From Vermamoeba vermiformis (Eukaryota): DNA of 64,000 nucleotides. The position numbers and the translations under genes are program-made. Below the pieces are notes generated by a model. It did no database searches. It saw only the letters and a program-made list of their open reading frames with translations, and was not told the origin of the DNA. Below, in pieces: positions 12,433-26,098 of the stretch. The stretch spans positions 124,001 through 188,000 of the forward strand of contig JBEWZL010000294.1 of the NCBI GenBank assembly GCA_045837725.1. Direction: 5' to 3'. Position 1 is the stretch's first letter. Each line of letters begins with the position of its first letter.

Positions 12433-13970
12433 CTAATAACGCGGACTTACATCGTCATCGTGTTGGTTCTGAGGGTGATGGCCACCTTGCATGCCATGTT
12501 GTGAATGGGGATTGCCACCGTGATTGCCTTCAGGATGAGCACCTTCATTCAGCATCTGTTGCGCGTGCAGTGACTGCAAAATGGAGTGTGGTTGGCCTCC
12601 ACCAGGTCCTTTGAATGACCAGTTGGGAGGAACACCGTTAGGACCAGGAGTGAACGAGGGTCCTAAGTTGAATTGACCGTGCGGTGGTCCATAGTTGAAC
12701 ACAGGGGTGCGGAGGTAAGGAGGCAAATTGATGCCGAGTGACGAGCCCATTCCCAAGCCAGGCATACCTTGTCCTCCTTGATTCGGCATGCCTTGGCCTT
12801 GTTGTGCCATTTGAGCAGCAATTTGAGGATTCATTTGACCCTGTCCTTGGGGGTTCATCGGCTGTTGATTGGGATTTTGTTGACCACCAGGAGCTTGAGG
12901 AGGTTGTTGCATCATGTTAGGATTCAACATTTGATGATTAGCCAATGCTGCAATAGGATGCATGCCAAGAGGTCCACCCATGCCATAAGGAACATTGCCC
13001 ATAGGTACTTGCATGGGCTGTTGTGGTTGGGGATTGGATGGTGTGGGCATGTCATTCGTAGCTGCCGCAACCAATCCACGCAACTCCTGTTTGTTTTGTC
13101 CTCGTGTTACCTTCTGTGCAGTGTTAGACGACCAATCAGCGTAGTAAGGAGAATGAGGTTCCAATTTTACCTTCTTTTCTTCAGGTTCGGTAGTGAAATT
13201 AGCGGGTTGATCGGGAGGGACAGGCTCTTGACTGCCACTAGGCATGAATGAACCACTGCCCTCCAGCGAGCCTGAGGTGCTGAAATTGTGATTGGCACTC
13301 ACGCGGCTCGTAGACATAGAGATTGGTGGAGCACCGCCAGCACTCATGTCCGGAGCATTGAGACAAGCTTGAATTAAGTTCTTGCCCTCGGCCTTGGTGA
13401 TGAGTGGCTGCAGCTTGTTGGTCGCAAATGTGTAGACGTGACCTGTCTCGCTCGCCACGAGCAACAAAACTTGCGTGCCTGTAAGTGTCGCCAATTCGTA
13501 GGCCTAAATGATGCGTTAAACATTTGATGGATTATGAAAACGAGTAAAAGGAAGGAGAGGTGACTGCGGCAAATTATTTCCAAATATATTAGGAAAGTCA
13601 CGCAGATTAACAACCTAAAACGGCAAGTCCCTTTTTGAAAATTGAAGAAGTTGCAAGGGCCATCAAACGGCGTATTATGTACCTTTTTCATAATGCCAGA
13701 CTTTCGCTTGCTAAATGTAATGTGACGTCTGCTCTTGTCGTCGATGAACTCGATGTTGATCTTCCTTCTTCCTTTTCTTTCGCGTTTGCCACCATCTTTA
13801 TCTACTTCTGGGTGCTCTTGGGTTATTTCGTGCATAACAGGGCCATTTTCAGGAGTAGTTTGCTCGCCACTTTCATTGTTTGAATCAGGCGATGCAGGTC
13901 CTCGGAAGCTTAACCCTGACAAAGGGCCAGAATTTTGATTTGGTTGGCCTGAACTCTCAGGTTGATCCAT
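12433..13970 (-). CDS. SRF: SRF/MCM1-type MADS-box transcription factor
   Basis: GRRKINIEFIDDKSRRHITFSKRKSGIMKK|AYELATLTGTQVLLLVASETGHVYTFAT...LIQACLN; Q/P/G/M-rich C-terminus. Confidence 0.92.
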
Positions 13971-14453
13971 TCTACATAAAAATATATTAGATTTAGAACC
14001 CAGATACTGGTTTAAAATTTAAAGTAAAAGCTCCATCCACCGAAACAATTTAAAGAAACCGCCCCTTCATCAAAGATACTTTGCGTGCAACAAAATTTTT
14101 AAGGTAAAATACGAATAAGGAAGGCTCGGTGAACCATCTTACCTTTTGTAGACTCGTGCAATAAAAAAGGAAACAGCACAAAAAAAAAAGATTACAACGG
14201 AAAAAATAAAATTGATAAAATCCGATTTATCGCCTAATCAGGAGTAACGACAGCAGTCGTAAATCTTCACCCGTATCAGTAATTCGTTCAAGGAACCTAG
14301 CTGGCAAAGGCGTTGCACATCCGAGAAGATCTAGAATGTGAATATCGACATTTCTTCGGAGCCTTTGCGGAACAAGTAATAAGTTCTTTCCAATCAATAC
14401 AGGTCGATTGATTAAAATCCGCAAAATTTACATTTACAAAACACGGATCAGCA

Positions 14454-16171
14454 TTATTCTTCAGCTTCATCGTCAGCTCCGATAATAATTCTGCGGTCCT
14501 TGAGTGATTCCTCGAGACTGGCTGGCTTTTTCATGCATTGGGCGGCATGCTTTGCCTTCCAGTGTGCTGTTTGACAGTCCTTCGTGCAGTAGCGCACCCA
14601 CTTGCAACGAGCGCAACGCTAATACTGCATTAGTATTGATGGCTCCGTGACACTGACACTTACCGCAAATTGAGCGGGGAACTTTTCAGTCTTTTCACAG
14701 TGCTCTCTATTGCCGCACCAGAACAATTGTTGACCGAGAATGTATTTGACGAACTAGGCAATGGTGTTAATATAGTCAATCGACAGTAGGAAGCATTACA
14801 CGTACTCCAAAGAATTGTTCGGTGACAGCGCCAGGGACTAAACGCACGGGGTCTACATCGGTCTTGAGAACCTTTTCAATGGCACCAGCCTTCTCAGGGG
14901 TGTTGTAGTATCGATCGAGCATCAGCACAGCCGCGGTCGTGCAATTCTCCATTACATTGCCGAGACCTGCCGTGAAAAAGTCCTGCAGCAATGTTAGCTC
15001 TTAGGGCAGTAAGTGCCACAACACATACGCGGGTGAGACCTTCAGGCCAGTGGTGCAGTCCTCCAGCTGTTGGGGGCAGGGGCGTCACGAGCTTGCCTTG
15101 CAATGGCTTGGGCACTTGCAAGAGATCCATCACAGTGAACTCGTACACGCGCAACAGATTGACTGTGTTGTAGTAGTTCTCGCGCATAAAGTACTCGCCG
15201 ACTTCCGCGTCGAAGGGCATAGTGTAAAATCTGCCGATTGTGTTTGAAGTAAAGGTAATGAGCTGCTCGAGCACAGAATCTCCTTCTTTAATAATATCCT
15301 GGTGATACCGTTAGATTTTGTGAACAGATCCGATTAGTGCACATTTACCTTCTTCTTTTGTTTGCCGAGCGGCATAACTCGCTCGCACACATTCACGAGC
15401 TCGATCCAAGTCTCGATCAGGTTGAAAGACGATTGCATTGCGGGAGTAGTACCAGTATCTAAACGAAATATGAGGCGGAGGAATCAAAAAATATTGCAGG
15501 CCGAATGTCCGACGATTTCCCACACGAACAGATCTAAAAAAGGAAACTTCGCACTTACACAATTTAGAGCCTTCAGTTGCTTGATCAAAGCAGCAGTATA
15601 GCTTGGATACGGCCATGGGGATGGGGAATAGTGGGAACGAAGTTATCTAAACACTGTCAATGACGAAATTGATTGAGATCAGCTCTTACCAAACCACCGA
15701 ATTTGCGGGAGAATGACAGCAACTTTTTCTTATTAGAGTCAACAATCGATTTGCCTTCTTGTAATGCTTCGCGGACATTCTTGTTGGTACCGAATAGTGA
15801 AGTTTGGAAGTTCGTGCCTGTCAACTGATCAGATCGTGATCTATCGTCGTAATTTTATTCTCCAAAATTGTAATTATTTTTCCAATAAACGGGGGAAAAA
15901 ATTTTAGCAGAAGGAGAGTGTAAATATCAATTAGACGAATTAAATAATTTTTCTATTTACCTTTGTCAGATGAGGTGCTTTCGATTAGCTTGATTTGCGG
16001 TACTTTCTTGTTAGCATTCCATCCACGAACTAATTCAGCGCGGATCTGGTTCCAATCAGGTGGAGTGTTCAGCTCCAAATCCAAGGTGTTGTCTTTCTCG
16101 TTCAAGGCAACTTTCGAAAGTTCCTCCGTAATTTTGGCAACGTCGGCTGCAGTATTAGATGAATCACTCAT
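14454..16171 (-). CDS. MYND zinc-finger protein
   Basis: C-terminal exons give CARCKWVRYCTKDCQTAHWKAKHAAQC; starts MSDSSNTAA at 16171. Confidence 0.75.
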
Positions 16172-16333
16172 GCTTGTCGTGTACTGATGACTAGATCCAG
16201 AACAACTGCCAAAAATGATTTATTTTATCAAATGCCTGCGAAAATTCGAGTTTGTCTCTTTATTGAACTTACTTTCGGATTCACCTTATATTAGATTATT
16301 CAGAAAATCAGATTACGTTACCACGCAGCACTC

Positions 16334-17972
16334 ATGTTCAAGCAAATTGTGTCCAAAGTTGCGAGAATGGCTCATCAGGTACGCGGCTACAACACTGCCT
16401 TGCGCAGCGTGCCTGCTTTGAGACTGAACGACGGTAACATCATGCCTCAACTTGGCTTAGGGTAAGTACCATCCAATACAGTCGTATTTGCTTGTGCGAC
16501 GATTAAGTTCTGAGCACTTACGCAGATTTCAATTTGGAAAATGCAGAAATTAAAGCAAATAATATTTTCGGAATATCCTTAACATTGTTCTGTCATATTT
16601 CTTAATTTTAGAGGATTACAAATAGTTCAATCAAATTAAAAGTTTTATCATATTTTCAGCACGTGGCAGAGCAAGCCAGAGCTAGTCGGTGCCGCAGTGG
16701 AACACGCGGTGAAGGTCGGTTATAGACATATTGGTATGTAATTCACGAATATGTACCTTTGTTTCATTCACTAACGCAAGACAGACACTGCCTGGATCTA
16801 CCAGAACCAAAAGGAATTGGGCGATGCAATTAAGAAATGCATTCCTAAATATGGTAATAGCGATCGTATTGTATTGAAGCTAATTTTCCAAGCCTGATTG
16901 TTACCCTTCTCAGTGCAATCGCGAGCGGAATTGTTTATTACATCCAAGTTATGGAACACAGAGCACAAGCCCGACAAAGTCAAACAAGCTTGCAAGAATA
17001 CCCTTAATGTACATAATATCACAGTCTTCAATCGAGTCTGATTGTTCTTCTAGGAATTGAAATTGGACTACCTCGACATGTATCTCATTCACTGGCCCGT
17101 AGCGCTCTTAAATGACAATGAAACTGTTGATCGATCGGCGAATATCAAGTAAGGCGGCACTTATTTATTAATTATGAGTCGTGCTGATGGATTGCTATCT
17201 GTAGGGAGACTTGGCAGGCCATGGAAGTATGTGTCTTAAACTTTTATTTTCCACCGACTAGTGCAATGCCAATTGATATATGTAATACTAATAATAACAA
17301 TACAGACCCTAATCGAAGATGGACTCGTGAAAAGCATTGGTAAGTTGCGATGTCCCAGTGAGTTCACGACGATTTCTTACTTTGTGCGGTTGAACCATTA
17401 GGTGTGAGTAATTTCAGCGAAGAACACCTGCACACTTTGATTGAAGAGACGGACGTGATACCTGCTGTCAATCAGGTGGAGGTACATCCACTGCTCACTC
17501 AGACCAAGCTGCTCGATTACTGTCAACAGAACGGCATCGTCGTCACTGCGTACAGTACGTACACCATAGTCCTAGTGTCACTCGTACTCACGTGTCACTT
17601 TCACAGGTCCACTCGCGCGTGGCTCAACGAGTCAGGCGGCACAAAACGATCCCAAATATGACCTGTTGAATCAAAAGACGGTGCGTTGTACTTGTATAGT
17701 TTGAGTTTAATGCAGTGCTAACACGAGGCCTATGACAGGTGCGCGACATTGCCGCCAAGTACAACAAAACACCCGCGCAAGTGTGCATTCGCTGGGCCTT
17801 GCAAAAACAACTGATTGTCATCCCCAAGTCAGTCACGCCACGCCACATTGAAGAGAACTTGCACGTGTTTGACTTCACGCTCGAAGCTGACGACATGACC
17901 GCGCTGAACAAGTTGAACATCAATCACCGCACCGTCGTGCCCAAGTGGTACAAGTTCCCTGACCAACAGTGA
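16334..17972 (+). CDS. Aldo/keto reductase
   Basis: LNDGNIMPQLGLG|TW, GYRHID, LFITSKLWN, YLDMYLIHWP, IGVSNF, PAVNQVEVHP, VIPKSVTP. Arg-rich N-terminal extension may be a mitochondrial presequence. Confidence 0.92.
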
Positions 17973-18161
17973 GCGATGAACAGCAGGAGCTCGATGTGTG
18001 CACTTCGAGGCTTGAGATCTCGATGTGCATTGTAATATATGGATGTTAAAGGCTTGTTAATTATGATATAAATGCATCATCGGCATTCACTTCATGCGTC
18101 ATGTTATTTACATTAGATCCGTACAACAGATCAACTATAGTACAGTGCGATGCTAGTGATT

Positions 18162-19061
18162 CTAGTTCTTCTCGGCAAGTGCATCAGACTTGGCTTTCAT
18201 AGCGAGCCATTCATTGTGCAGTTCTTTCAAATCTTCGCGCAGATCTGACTTCTTCCAAGGCTTGAACTCGATGAAGTGGATGCACTTAATCTTGTCTGCT
18301 TGTTGTTTCCACGCCTTGTTGAAGTTGTAATTCAAATAAGTGGTCTGCAGTGCATTGTAAAAGAACGGCAAGTGATTCCATTGGCTGAAATACACGTTCA
18401 AAAAGCCTTGATCTGCGCCGTCGTGCGAGTGGATCGTGGGCAACTTGTCCATCATGTCCTTGAAGCGAGCAGCACTCGGCACTAGTACCATCATGCCCGA
18501 GTTGAAGTAGTCGCAGCAATCCTCCACTGCACTCAGTTCTGGCTGTGCAAACAGCTCGTCCACATTTTGCCGCACGAGAATGTCTGCATCCATGAACACC
18601 ACTTTATCGTATTGCGTCAATTCCCACACGCGTAATTTAGTCCATGTGTATGTAAAGTAATCGCGCAATTCATCTTGTTTGGGCCTGAAACAGCAATTCG
18701 TTAGAAAAATTATTTAAAATTTATTAAAAATAGTGATAACGTACGCCGGTGATTCAATGTCTTTTACGAGCACTATGTCGTCGAAATAAATATGCAGCTC
18801 TTTTTTAGCTTTTTCATACAAGCCGGGAGTGGCCATGAGCACGATCTTCTTCGTCGTCTTGCTTTCGCGCAATGAAGTCGCCCATACTCGCGCTGGTAGA
18901 AAATAGCTCTCAGTCGACACGAGTGTTACATAGGCACCGTTGTTTGAGTACTTGGATCCATCACCCAAGTTGTAAAAAGCAAACGTCAGCAGCACAAACG
19001 CTGCGAGCATCAATATGACGCCTTTAAACGACTTTAATGATAGTCCTTTGCGTGCGTGCAT
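18162..19061 (-). CDS. GT8 (glycogenin-like) glycosyltransferase, type II membrane
   Basis: N-terminal TM; AYVTL, TKLRVWELTQYDKVVFMDADILV, FNSG, DQGFLN, IHF...KPW. Confidence 0.88.
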
Positions 19062-19176
19062 TTGTCAATGTAATTGCTGAATAATGTGCAAAATAAACGT
19101 CTCGCTTGAAGAACAGCAAACACGTGACTTTTTAAGCCATTTTATGTTGATCTATTTATGACAATATTGAAAGTGA

Positions 19177-20515
19177 CTAATTAGGTCTGACACTCGATTG
19201 CACAGTATTGCCGTTGATCAACAACTGCACGTTGGTCGGACAAGGATAGCCGAGGTTCTCTGCGATCCAAGTTGTGCGCGGGTTCTCCCAGTTGGCACTC
19301 TGTTGCATTTGCACCCAGCCCTTGCCACAGTCTACAGCCACTGACGAGGCTCCGGGCACAGCCACCTGCAGTGTAGTTGTTAGGACGAGCTAGGTTCTTG
19401 CTCCAGTGCACGTGTTACTTACAGCGAGCCACCACATGTTCGTGCCACCGTTCCAGGTAATGGTGAAACTGCCGCCAGTGGAGGGGGGAGGAGGAGGAGT
19501 GCTCGAGCCACAGAGCTGCTGCCACTCACACGATGAGCCACCCATCACTAGCGAGGCTGTTAGTGACTGTCACGCGCTACATGTCTGCTACGTACCATTA
19601 GGACAGCTGCCCCAAGTAGTGCTGATAGTGCCCTGTGCCGTGGGGTCATAGTAGCCTGCCCACTCTGAGCCTGGTGACTGCGAATTAGTGACACGTGTCA
19701 AATGTAGACCACCATCACGGACTTACAAGGAACTTGGCAGTATTGAATTCTGAAGGCACCGCGACCTCCAGCAGCAGCCTTGAACGCAGCAGCGTGCGAT
19801 CTGTTCATGAATACCGTTAGTCACGTGTCAACATTGCGTGTCAAAGTGTCACTCACTCGTCCAAGTCAAAATGTGTCACAGCATCAAAGTTATCTGTTAG
19901 ATAAGTGTCAGCATATTACTAACGCTATTATAGGACTTCATACTAGGTGCATCAGGTCTGCCAGCACACCAGACTTGATTTTCAGGGGCGGGACACAAAT
20001 CTGCAATTTTGACGACGATTTCAGGGCCGTTATTAGTGCACCAAGAGCCATAAGGATCGCCATATGCCTTAATACGATAGCAACGACCACAAGCAGGACC
20101 TGCACCTTGACCACTGCCCACGCCAAAGTCGTACTCGCTCAATGCAGCGGTCGGGTATTTGGCGACTGATTTACAGGTAATTTGAATCAACGACTCGCTG
20201 TATATTAGTCAAAGCTATACATACTGCCTGTCTGACAATTGCATGCGCCTGATTGGCCGTTTTGAAAGCTTGCTGTGTCGTACACGGTGGCCGTGCCTTT
20301 TAGAAAAATTCATTAGTTATGTCGTTTATAGTTCAGATATTCGTAAATAAGACTAAATAATTATTGAGTCGTGGCTTGTTTATTAAGTGTTTAACTCGCT
20401 AGTTAAGCTATATAATTGCAAAACTTTAACAACCAACTTGAGCAACATTGGCTAAACAGGCAGAGAACGCGTGAATAACAATTAAGCCAAGTAATAACGA
20501 GGCTCTTGTGTTCAT
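19177..20515 (-). CDS. Secreted expansin-like / GH45-like DPBB protein
   Basis: Signal peptide; GACNC, GPACGRCY, IADLCP, THFDLD; Pro-rich linker; C-terminal GTNMWWLA...GWVQMQ resembling expansin domain 2. Confidence 0.78.
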
Positions 20516-20616
20516 TGTGAGGTTAGAAAGTGAAATTATAACCAAACAAATCAAAACGTCATTACTTTTCGCAGCTGTCATTCATTTCTCAATCGCGCAG
20601 TTTAGCAACACATCTA

Positions 20617-21808
20617 ATGAAGATTATACTCTGCACGTTATTATTTTTTGTAACGTGTACCTCATTGTGCAGCGCAGAACAAGTTACAGGCTTATTTCTT
20701 GGGGATGCAGTTTCCTCTCAAGTTCAACTGAATCAAAACAGATATTTCGCAGCCAGTATTCCCTCCACTACGAACAAACATTCGATTTTACTAGTTGATG
20801 TTATTGTTTACGCAAAATTAGCCGATAATACAGACTTGGTGGTTAGTTGATTGTCGGATCGTCAGATTGATTATGTTAATACGTCGTGCAGGTCTATTTA
20901 AGTCAGTCACCCCTGCCTACTAGTTCAACACCCGGTGTCATTGTTTCGACACAACGGTAAGGATTGAAGTGCACCACATTACTGCACGTGATTGGCTGAC
21001 ATTTGACGCGCAGTGACACGTTCATTTCACCCGCAGACACGCGCAACACTTACACACAGCTCATGACTCTCGTTGAGACTCCCAACAGCGGCACATGGTT
21101 CGTTACAGTGTCGTACACAGGCTCTGATAACAGCAACAACACTGTGGCCTTCTCATTGACTGCGCACTTTACAAGTAATGCTCTCACTCCCGTCACTCCA
21201 CAGCACTAACATTCTGCAGCGATGGAGCCCATAGTCAGTGGCGTGAATGGCACCATGGCGGAGGGGCAAGAGTTCAGATTGTTCAAATTCTCTCAGAGTG
21301 ATTTGCCCCCGAATGTGATGCAAGATCCGCTCGGTGTCTTCTTGTACTTCCATCTCACATCTCCAACCGCATTCAAAATGTATTTGCGCGTCGATCAAGT
21401 GCCAAGCGAATACGTATTTGACGTGGACAGCAATCTAAGACGTCAGGTAAAGTGGTACCAAGACACAACACCACTAATGACACGTGTCACTTGCAGTCCT
21501 CGCCCTCCATTGCAGAGCTGTTCGTGAATGGCGTGGACAAAGACATCTTGCTCATGGTGCGCAGAGATGGACGACAGAGCGTTGAGTTTGGACTGCGCAT
21601 GTCAACACTGCTGCGCTCAGACAATCCAGTCTTCGTGTCCACCTCTGCTGGAGTGCTCGCCGTGCTCGTCATTCTCGCAGTGTTGCTCGCAGCAGCTGTC
21701 ATCGTCCTCGCAGTGTTCGCTGTCAAATACGTCAAGCCTGCCTGCACCAAGAGCTACTACCACAGCGACCTTGGTGACACGTTGTTGTACAATAAAGAGA
21801 GCTCTTAA
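20617..21808 (+). CDS. Type I membrane protein of unknown function
   Basis: Signal peptide MKIILCTLLFF, beta-rich ectodomain, single C-terminal TM (GVLAVLVILAVLLAAAVIVLAVFAV). Confidence 0.65.
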
Positions 21809-21869
21809 ATTAATCCGCACTGCTAGACTAACAACGCACATTTATACTACAGCCCGTGAATGTGATCAG

Positions 21870-24064
21870 TCAGTTCGCGTGCAACATTTTGCGCAGCTCT
21901 TCAACTGTTTCTTGATTCTTCGCGGCACTCTTGACGGCCTCGACTTGTTTGTTGAGTTGATATTCAAACTTGTCCAACAACACCTTCTTCACGGACTCGT
22001 AAGTGTAGCCCAAGGCACCGAGTGTCACGAGCACACGATAGAGACTGTCTTCGCTGAGAGGTGTGTTCAACAGCTGTTGCGTGATTAGTGCTGCTATTAA
22101 TGCGTGCATAATACCGTACCTCGAGTGTCATCGTGGCTAATTCATCGACATTCTTTTGGTTGTCTTCACCTGGCTCGGAGTGTGAAATAAACAGCGTGGC
22201 ATAACTGCGAGGGAGTTAGAGCACTAATGCACAACTGATATAATATATATTCTTACTCTAACAGCACTGTGGTGAGACCGAGTTGTGTGCGCGCATCATC
22301 CAAATTGAGGGCCAGACAGTGCTGCAACAGTTCGGAGAATATTGACCGAGCAATGCGACGACCAGGCAAGAACTGGAACAAATTGGCTACAAATCTGCAC
22401 GATGTTAAGTACCAAGACAGCAATGGTTAATTAAACGCACCTCAAGGTCATGAATTGATTGGGCACGGGGGATTCAGACTCAGAGATGTTATTGAGCAGT
22501 GAGAGAATGACTGGTGCGGGTTAATAGAGAATTGTGTGTTATAATTGAGCGAGTACTCACAAGGTCGTTGATCCTCCGCCTGATAGTACTGCGTGGCATG
22601 TGGGTGAGTGACGAGTGTGCGGAAGAAGTCCATGCCTGTGAGCGACATTAGATGGCGTCAAATACAGCGCAGTAGGAGAGCTTACAAGGGAAGCGCTGTT
22701 TGATGGGCCAAGACAACAGCTTCTGCACAGCTTGGAATTCTTGTTTCGTGAACGACGTCACGTGATATTTGCTGGTCTGGGTGAGTACCTCAATCACGTG
22801 ATCAAAGTGCTTGAGTTCTGCGTCATTCAAAGCAGTCGGATCTGACTTGCTCGCGAGCTCAGCATTGACTTCTTTGATCTTTTTGATCACTGGCGGCAAA
22901 TTAACTGAATCAAACAGAACGAACATCTGGGTTGGGAAGTGTTTGTACGGGGAGGGTGCGGGTTTGACAGGTGTCACTACAGGTGTCACAATAGGTGCGT
23001 TGTTGTTGTTGTTCGAGTCAATCAGCGTGTTCTCCACGGCAGCACGTTTCTTCTTGCGAGCCTTGTCAGTGGACTCGATGACTTGTGTCTTTTTGCCACC
23101 GAGCTTCTCAATCTCGTAGCGCAACAGCTGCGTGACACGTGTCAGTTAGGAACTCCTAACGTCACAACCACGTGCTACTTACCCGCTCGAGTTCAGCCAT
23201 ATTAGAGAGAATAGAGACACCTTCAACACGCACTGAAGCTTGACCGTGCGTGAAGAGGTAAAACAGCGGTGAAATTGAATTGTATTTCTTGGCAATGTCC
23301 TGGCAGCTGTTAGAAAAGAGTTAAACAGTGAACTGACACGTACCTTGCACTCATCAATATCGAGCTTGATGAACAAGAGACTCGGGTACTCCAAGCTGAG
23401 GTGACAAAAGGTCGGATAAAAGTGCTCGCAGGGTTTGTACCACGAGGCGTAGAAGTTGACCACGCACTGCTAGGTGTTCAGTACTTAATGCGAGTGTTGT
23501 GCTGCACTTACAATCTTCGACTCGGTGGATAGCAGCAAACTATCGAATTGGGCTTGATTCTGCGCCGTTAATGTCACTACCGCACCACTGTCCTTGGGCG
23601 CTGGATGTCGCGTGAGTCAAAGCGCTGAATAAGCAGTAGTGTTCATTACCTAAAATTGCTTGCATTTGATGATCTTTGGAGTGTCGCTTATTCTCAACTT
23701 GCTTAGCATAGCATTCCTCGCATAGGTCATAGTCTTCACAGGTCAAGCATCTGCGCGAAATTATTACCTTTATTTTTAAATATTGTAGTATTATATTCAC
23801 CTGTATCTAGACCCTGTAAAGTTCTCTTTGCCACAACCTGGTATTTTTTAGAAACGTAAGTAATAATTTTCAGCAAATTGAAAATCCGGATTTCAACCCC
23901 AAATTGTCTAACTGTACAGTTTCCCATATTATCGCTAACATACCATCGCACGATACACCTTCGTGAGTTATTTGCTCCTCTTCTTCTTCATCATCCACAT
24001 CCATAGTGTCTTGCTTGAATGCTTGTGTTATTTCATCAAGAATGCTTTGTTGCTCGGGATTCAT
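21870..24064 (-). CDS. ZZ zinc finger - thioredoxin-like - PUL domain protein
   Basis: HEGVSCDG|C...RYRCLTCEDYDLCEEC...H...H (ZZ); VVNFYASWYKPC...FIKLDID (Trx fold); HFP...VIKKIKEVN...LLSWP...RFP...DFFR and YRVLVTLGAL (PUL-like). Confidence 0.75.
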
Positions 24065-24265
24065 GATAATAGAGTACTATACTGCGACTAATAGTTGTTT
24101 ATATAAACACGCCTTGAAAAAACTAACCGCTCGCGCAATTATTAGTCAATTTCCGAGAGGTGACGTGGTTCAACGCTCTTCGTGATAATAGGTCTTATGA
24201 TATTTAATACAAATATACACGTTGTTGACTATAAAACAATACGCTGTTCTTATCGGCGTCATTGC

Positions 24266-25771
24266 CTAGCTGTTCTTCAACGTGTCCTTCCAGCTCTAAC
24301 GAGGTTAATTAGTAACTGGTAATTCTAAAGCAATATATATTCAATACATACGCGATGGTCGTATTGGGTCAAATCATCGGCCTTGGCAATCAGTTTCAAA
24401 TACCGCGCGACATAATAGAGCTCTTTGTCGTTGTTCTTAGTTTCTTCTGAATAATAATACGCCTTGATCTTGATGCCCTATTGAATATGCCACATAAGAT
24501 CATGTTCAATACACTGTTTGAGTGTCACTTACACACTCCCTATTCATCACAAAGTTCTTCTCCAAGTCATCGACGTGCACAGTATTCTTCGCGTTGTACT
24601 GTGGCAATTTAGCCCATATGATGCCCAGTGCTTTGACTTCGTGTTCTTTCAGCTTCTTGTCTTTCTTGTTATAAGAACGTACTTTGAACATGCACTCGCG
24701 ATCCAACACTGTTTGAAGTAGCTAATCAGTACCTATTTCCGATACTATATAACAGTAACATTTGCACGCACCGAATGCAATTTTGAATCGCGGATGAGTG
24801 AGCAGACCAAGCTCAGTCAATTTGACTTCGAGCCACGTCCAGCTAGTCTGCGACCACACTGCCAAGTCATAGTCATCGTAGCACGATATCTACGTGTATA
24901 TTAGAGCTTCTATTATATGGATATGTGAGGTCAATGCTTACCATAAAGTCTTCAAGTCCCGGGCGCGTGATTTCTAAACACGAGTTAGTGCAGCACTTGA
25001 CGAACAATGTGTCACTAATGTACGTACCGTGCAACGATGTCGTGATGTTTTTTCTGCTCTTAAAGTCGAATAGCGTGTAGTCCAAGTCTAGAACTAACAA
25101 CTTCTTGCCAGGTCTCAGTGGATTGATCAAGCGGATCTCAGTCTGAACACGTGTTAACTATCGTCTACACACTCCAATCAATGAACCTACGCGTGCTGCC
25201 ATTTCACTGAGCTTTCTCTTTCGTGCCTCGAGCTCACCCAGTTCATCGTCTGAGGGCATGTAGTCGAGGTCAAAGTCATTGAACACAGAGGGTGTCTCAT
25301 CTGGTTCTTTAAGCAGTTGATCTTCAGGTGTGCCCATTAATATAATTCTAATATGCAACATTAGATTGAACATCGTATTCAGCGCTGTACCTGTTGGGCT
25401 CGTTCTTTTTCAGCAACAGATCTGACATTAGCGTCTCGTCAGTCACTTTGCCTTGCTGTGTAACGAGAAATTTAGCATGTAATTTATCTCTAATATTTAT
25501 TGAGCGCATATCGTACCTTTATTTTCAGGCCTAAAAGCTTTTGTCTGCAAATTAACAATATTATTCCCACGTCATATTATTAATTTGTTAACGATCCTTA
25601 CCTTATGGGCAATATATCGGTCATATCAAATGCTCTGTATTTTAAGTCCACAACTTTGGAAGTTGGATTAAGCAAAACAGGATTCAAATCCTTTCCGTTC
25701 CACTTAATGAGGAATTCAAAGCACTCTGCATTGGTATTGACTTCCAAAGGACGCGGTGCAGAACTATCCAT
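24266..25771 (-). CDS. UBLCP1: Ubiquitin-like domain-containing CTD phosphatase 1
   Basis: N-terminal UBL (IKWNGK...RQKLLGL...IILMGTPE); INPLRPGKKLLVLDLDYTLFD HAD motif; AVWSQTSWTWLEVKLTELG; NTVHVDDLEKNFVMN. Confidence 0.92.
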
Positions 25772-26098
25772 ATTGTTGCTGCTGTGTTTATCTTTGTTGC
25801 TTTGAGAATTCTTTGTCCGAGATCCAAACAAAAAATTATTTCGATCGGAGTTTCTCAACCCGGGAGCAATGCATCTCCCAGTTCTATAGAACTAGTGCTA
25901 GGTTCCACATAGATATTAGTTAAATACCCACGTGGCTGATCACGTGTTCACAGTGTTCGGAAAAGTTTCAACCAAAATTGCTGTTCAATCATTTCGATCT
26001 TCGAAACTAGACAGATAACCACATCGTCCTTGTTGGTTACTACCCGTAATATTTATTTTGTCCGATAATTCAATCTCCCTTCAGTCACTCAAAGCAAG

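Noticed and set aside
4081-16580. U12-type 5' splice sites (GTATCCT at 4081, ATATCCTT at about 16574)
   Set aside because: The first reads as coding sequence in BABAM2 and the second lies inside an ordinary GT-AG intron; neither is needed to restore a frame.
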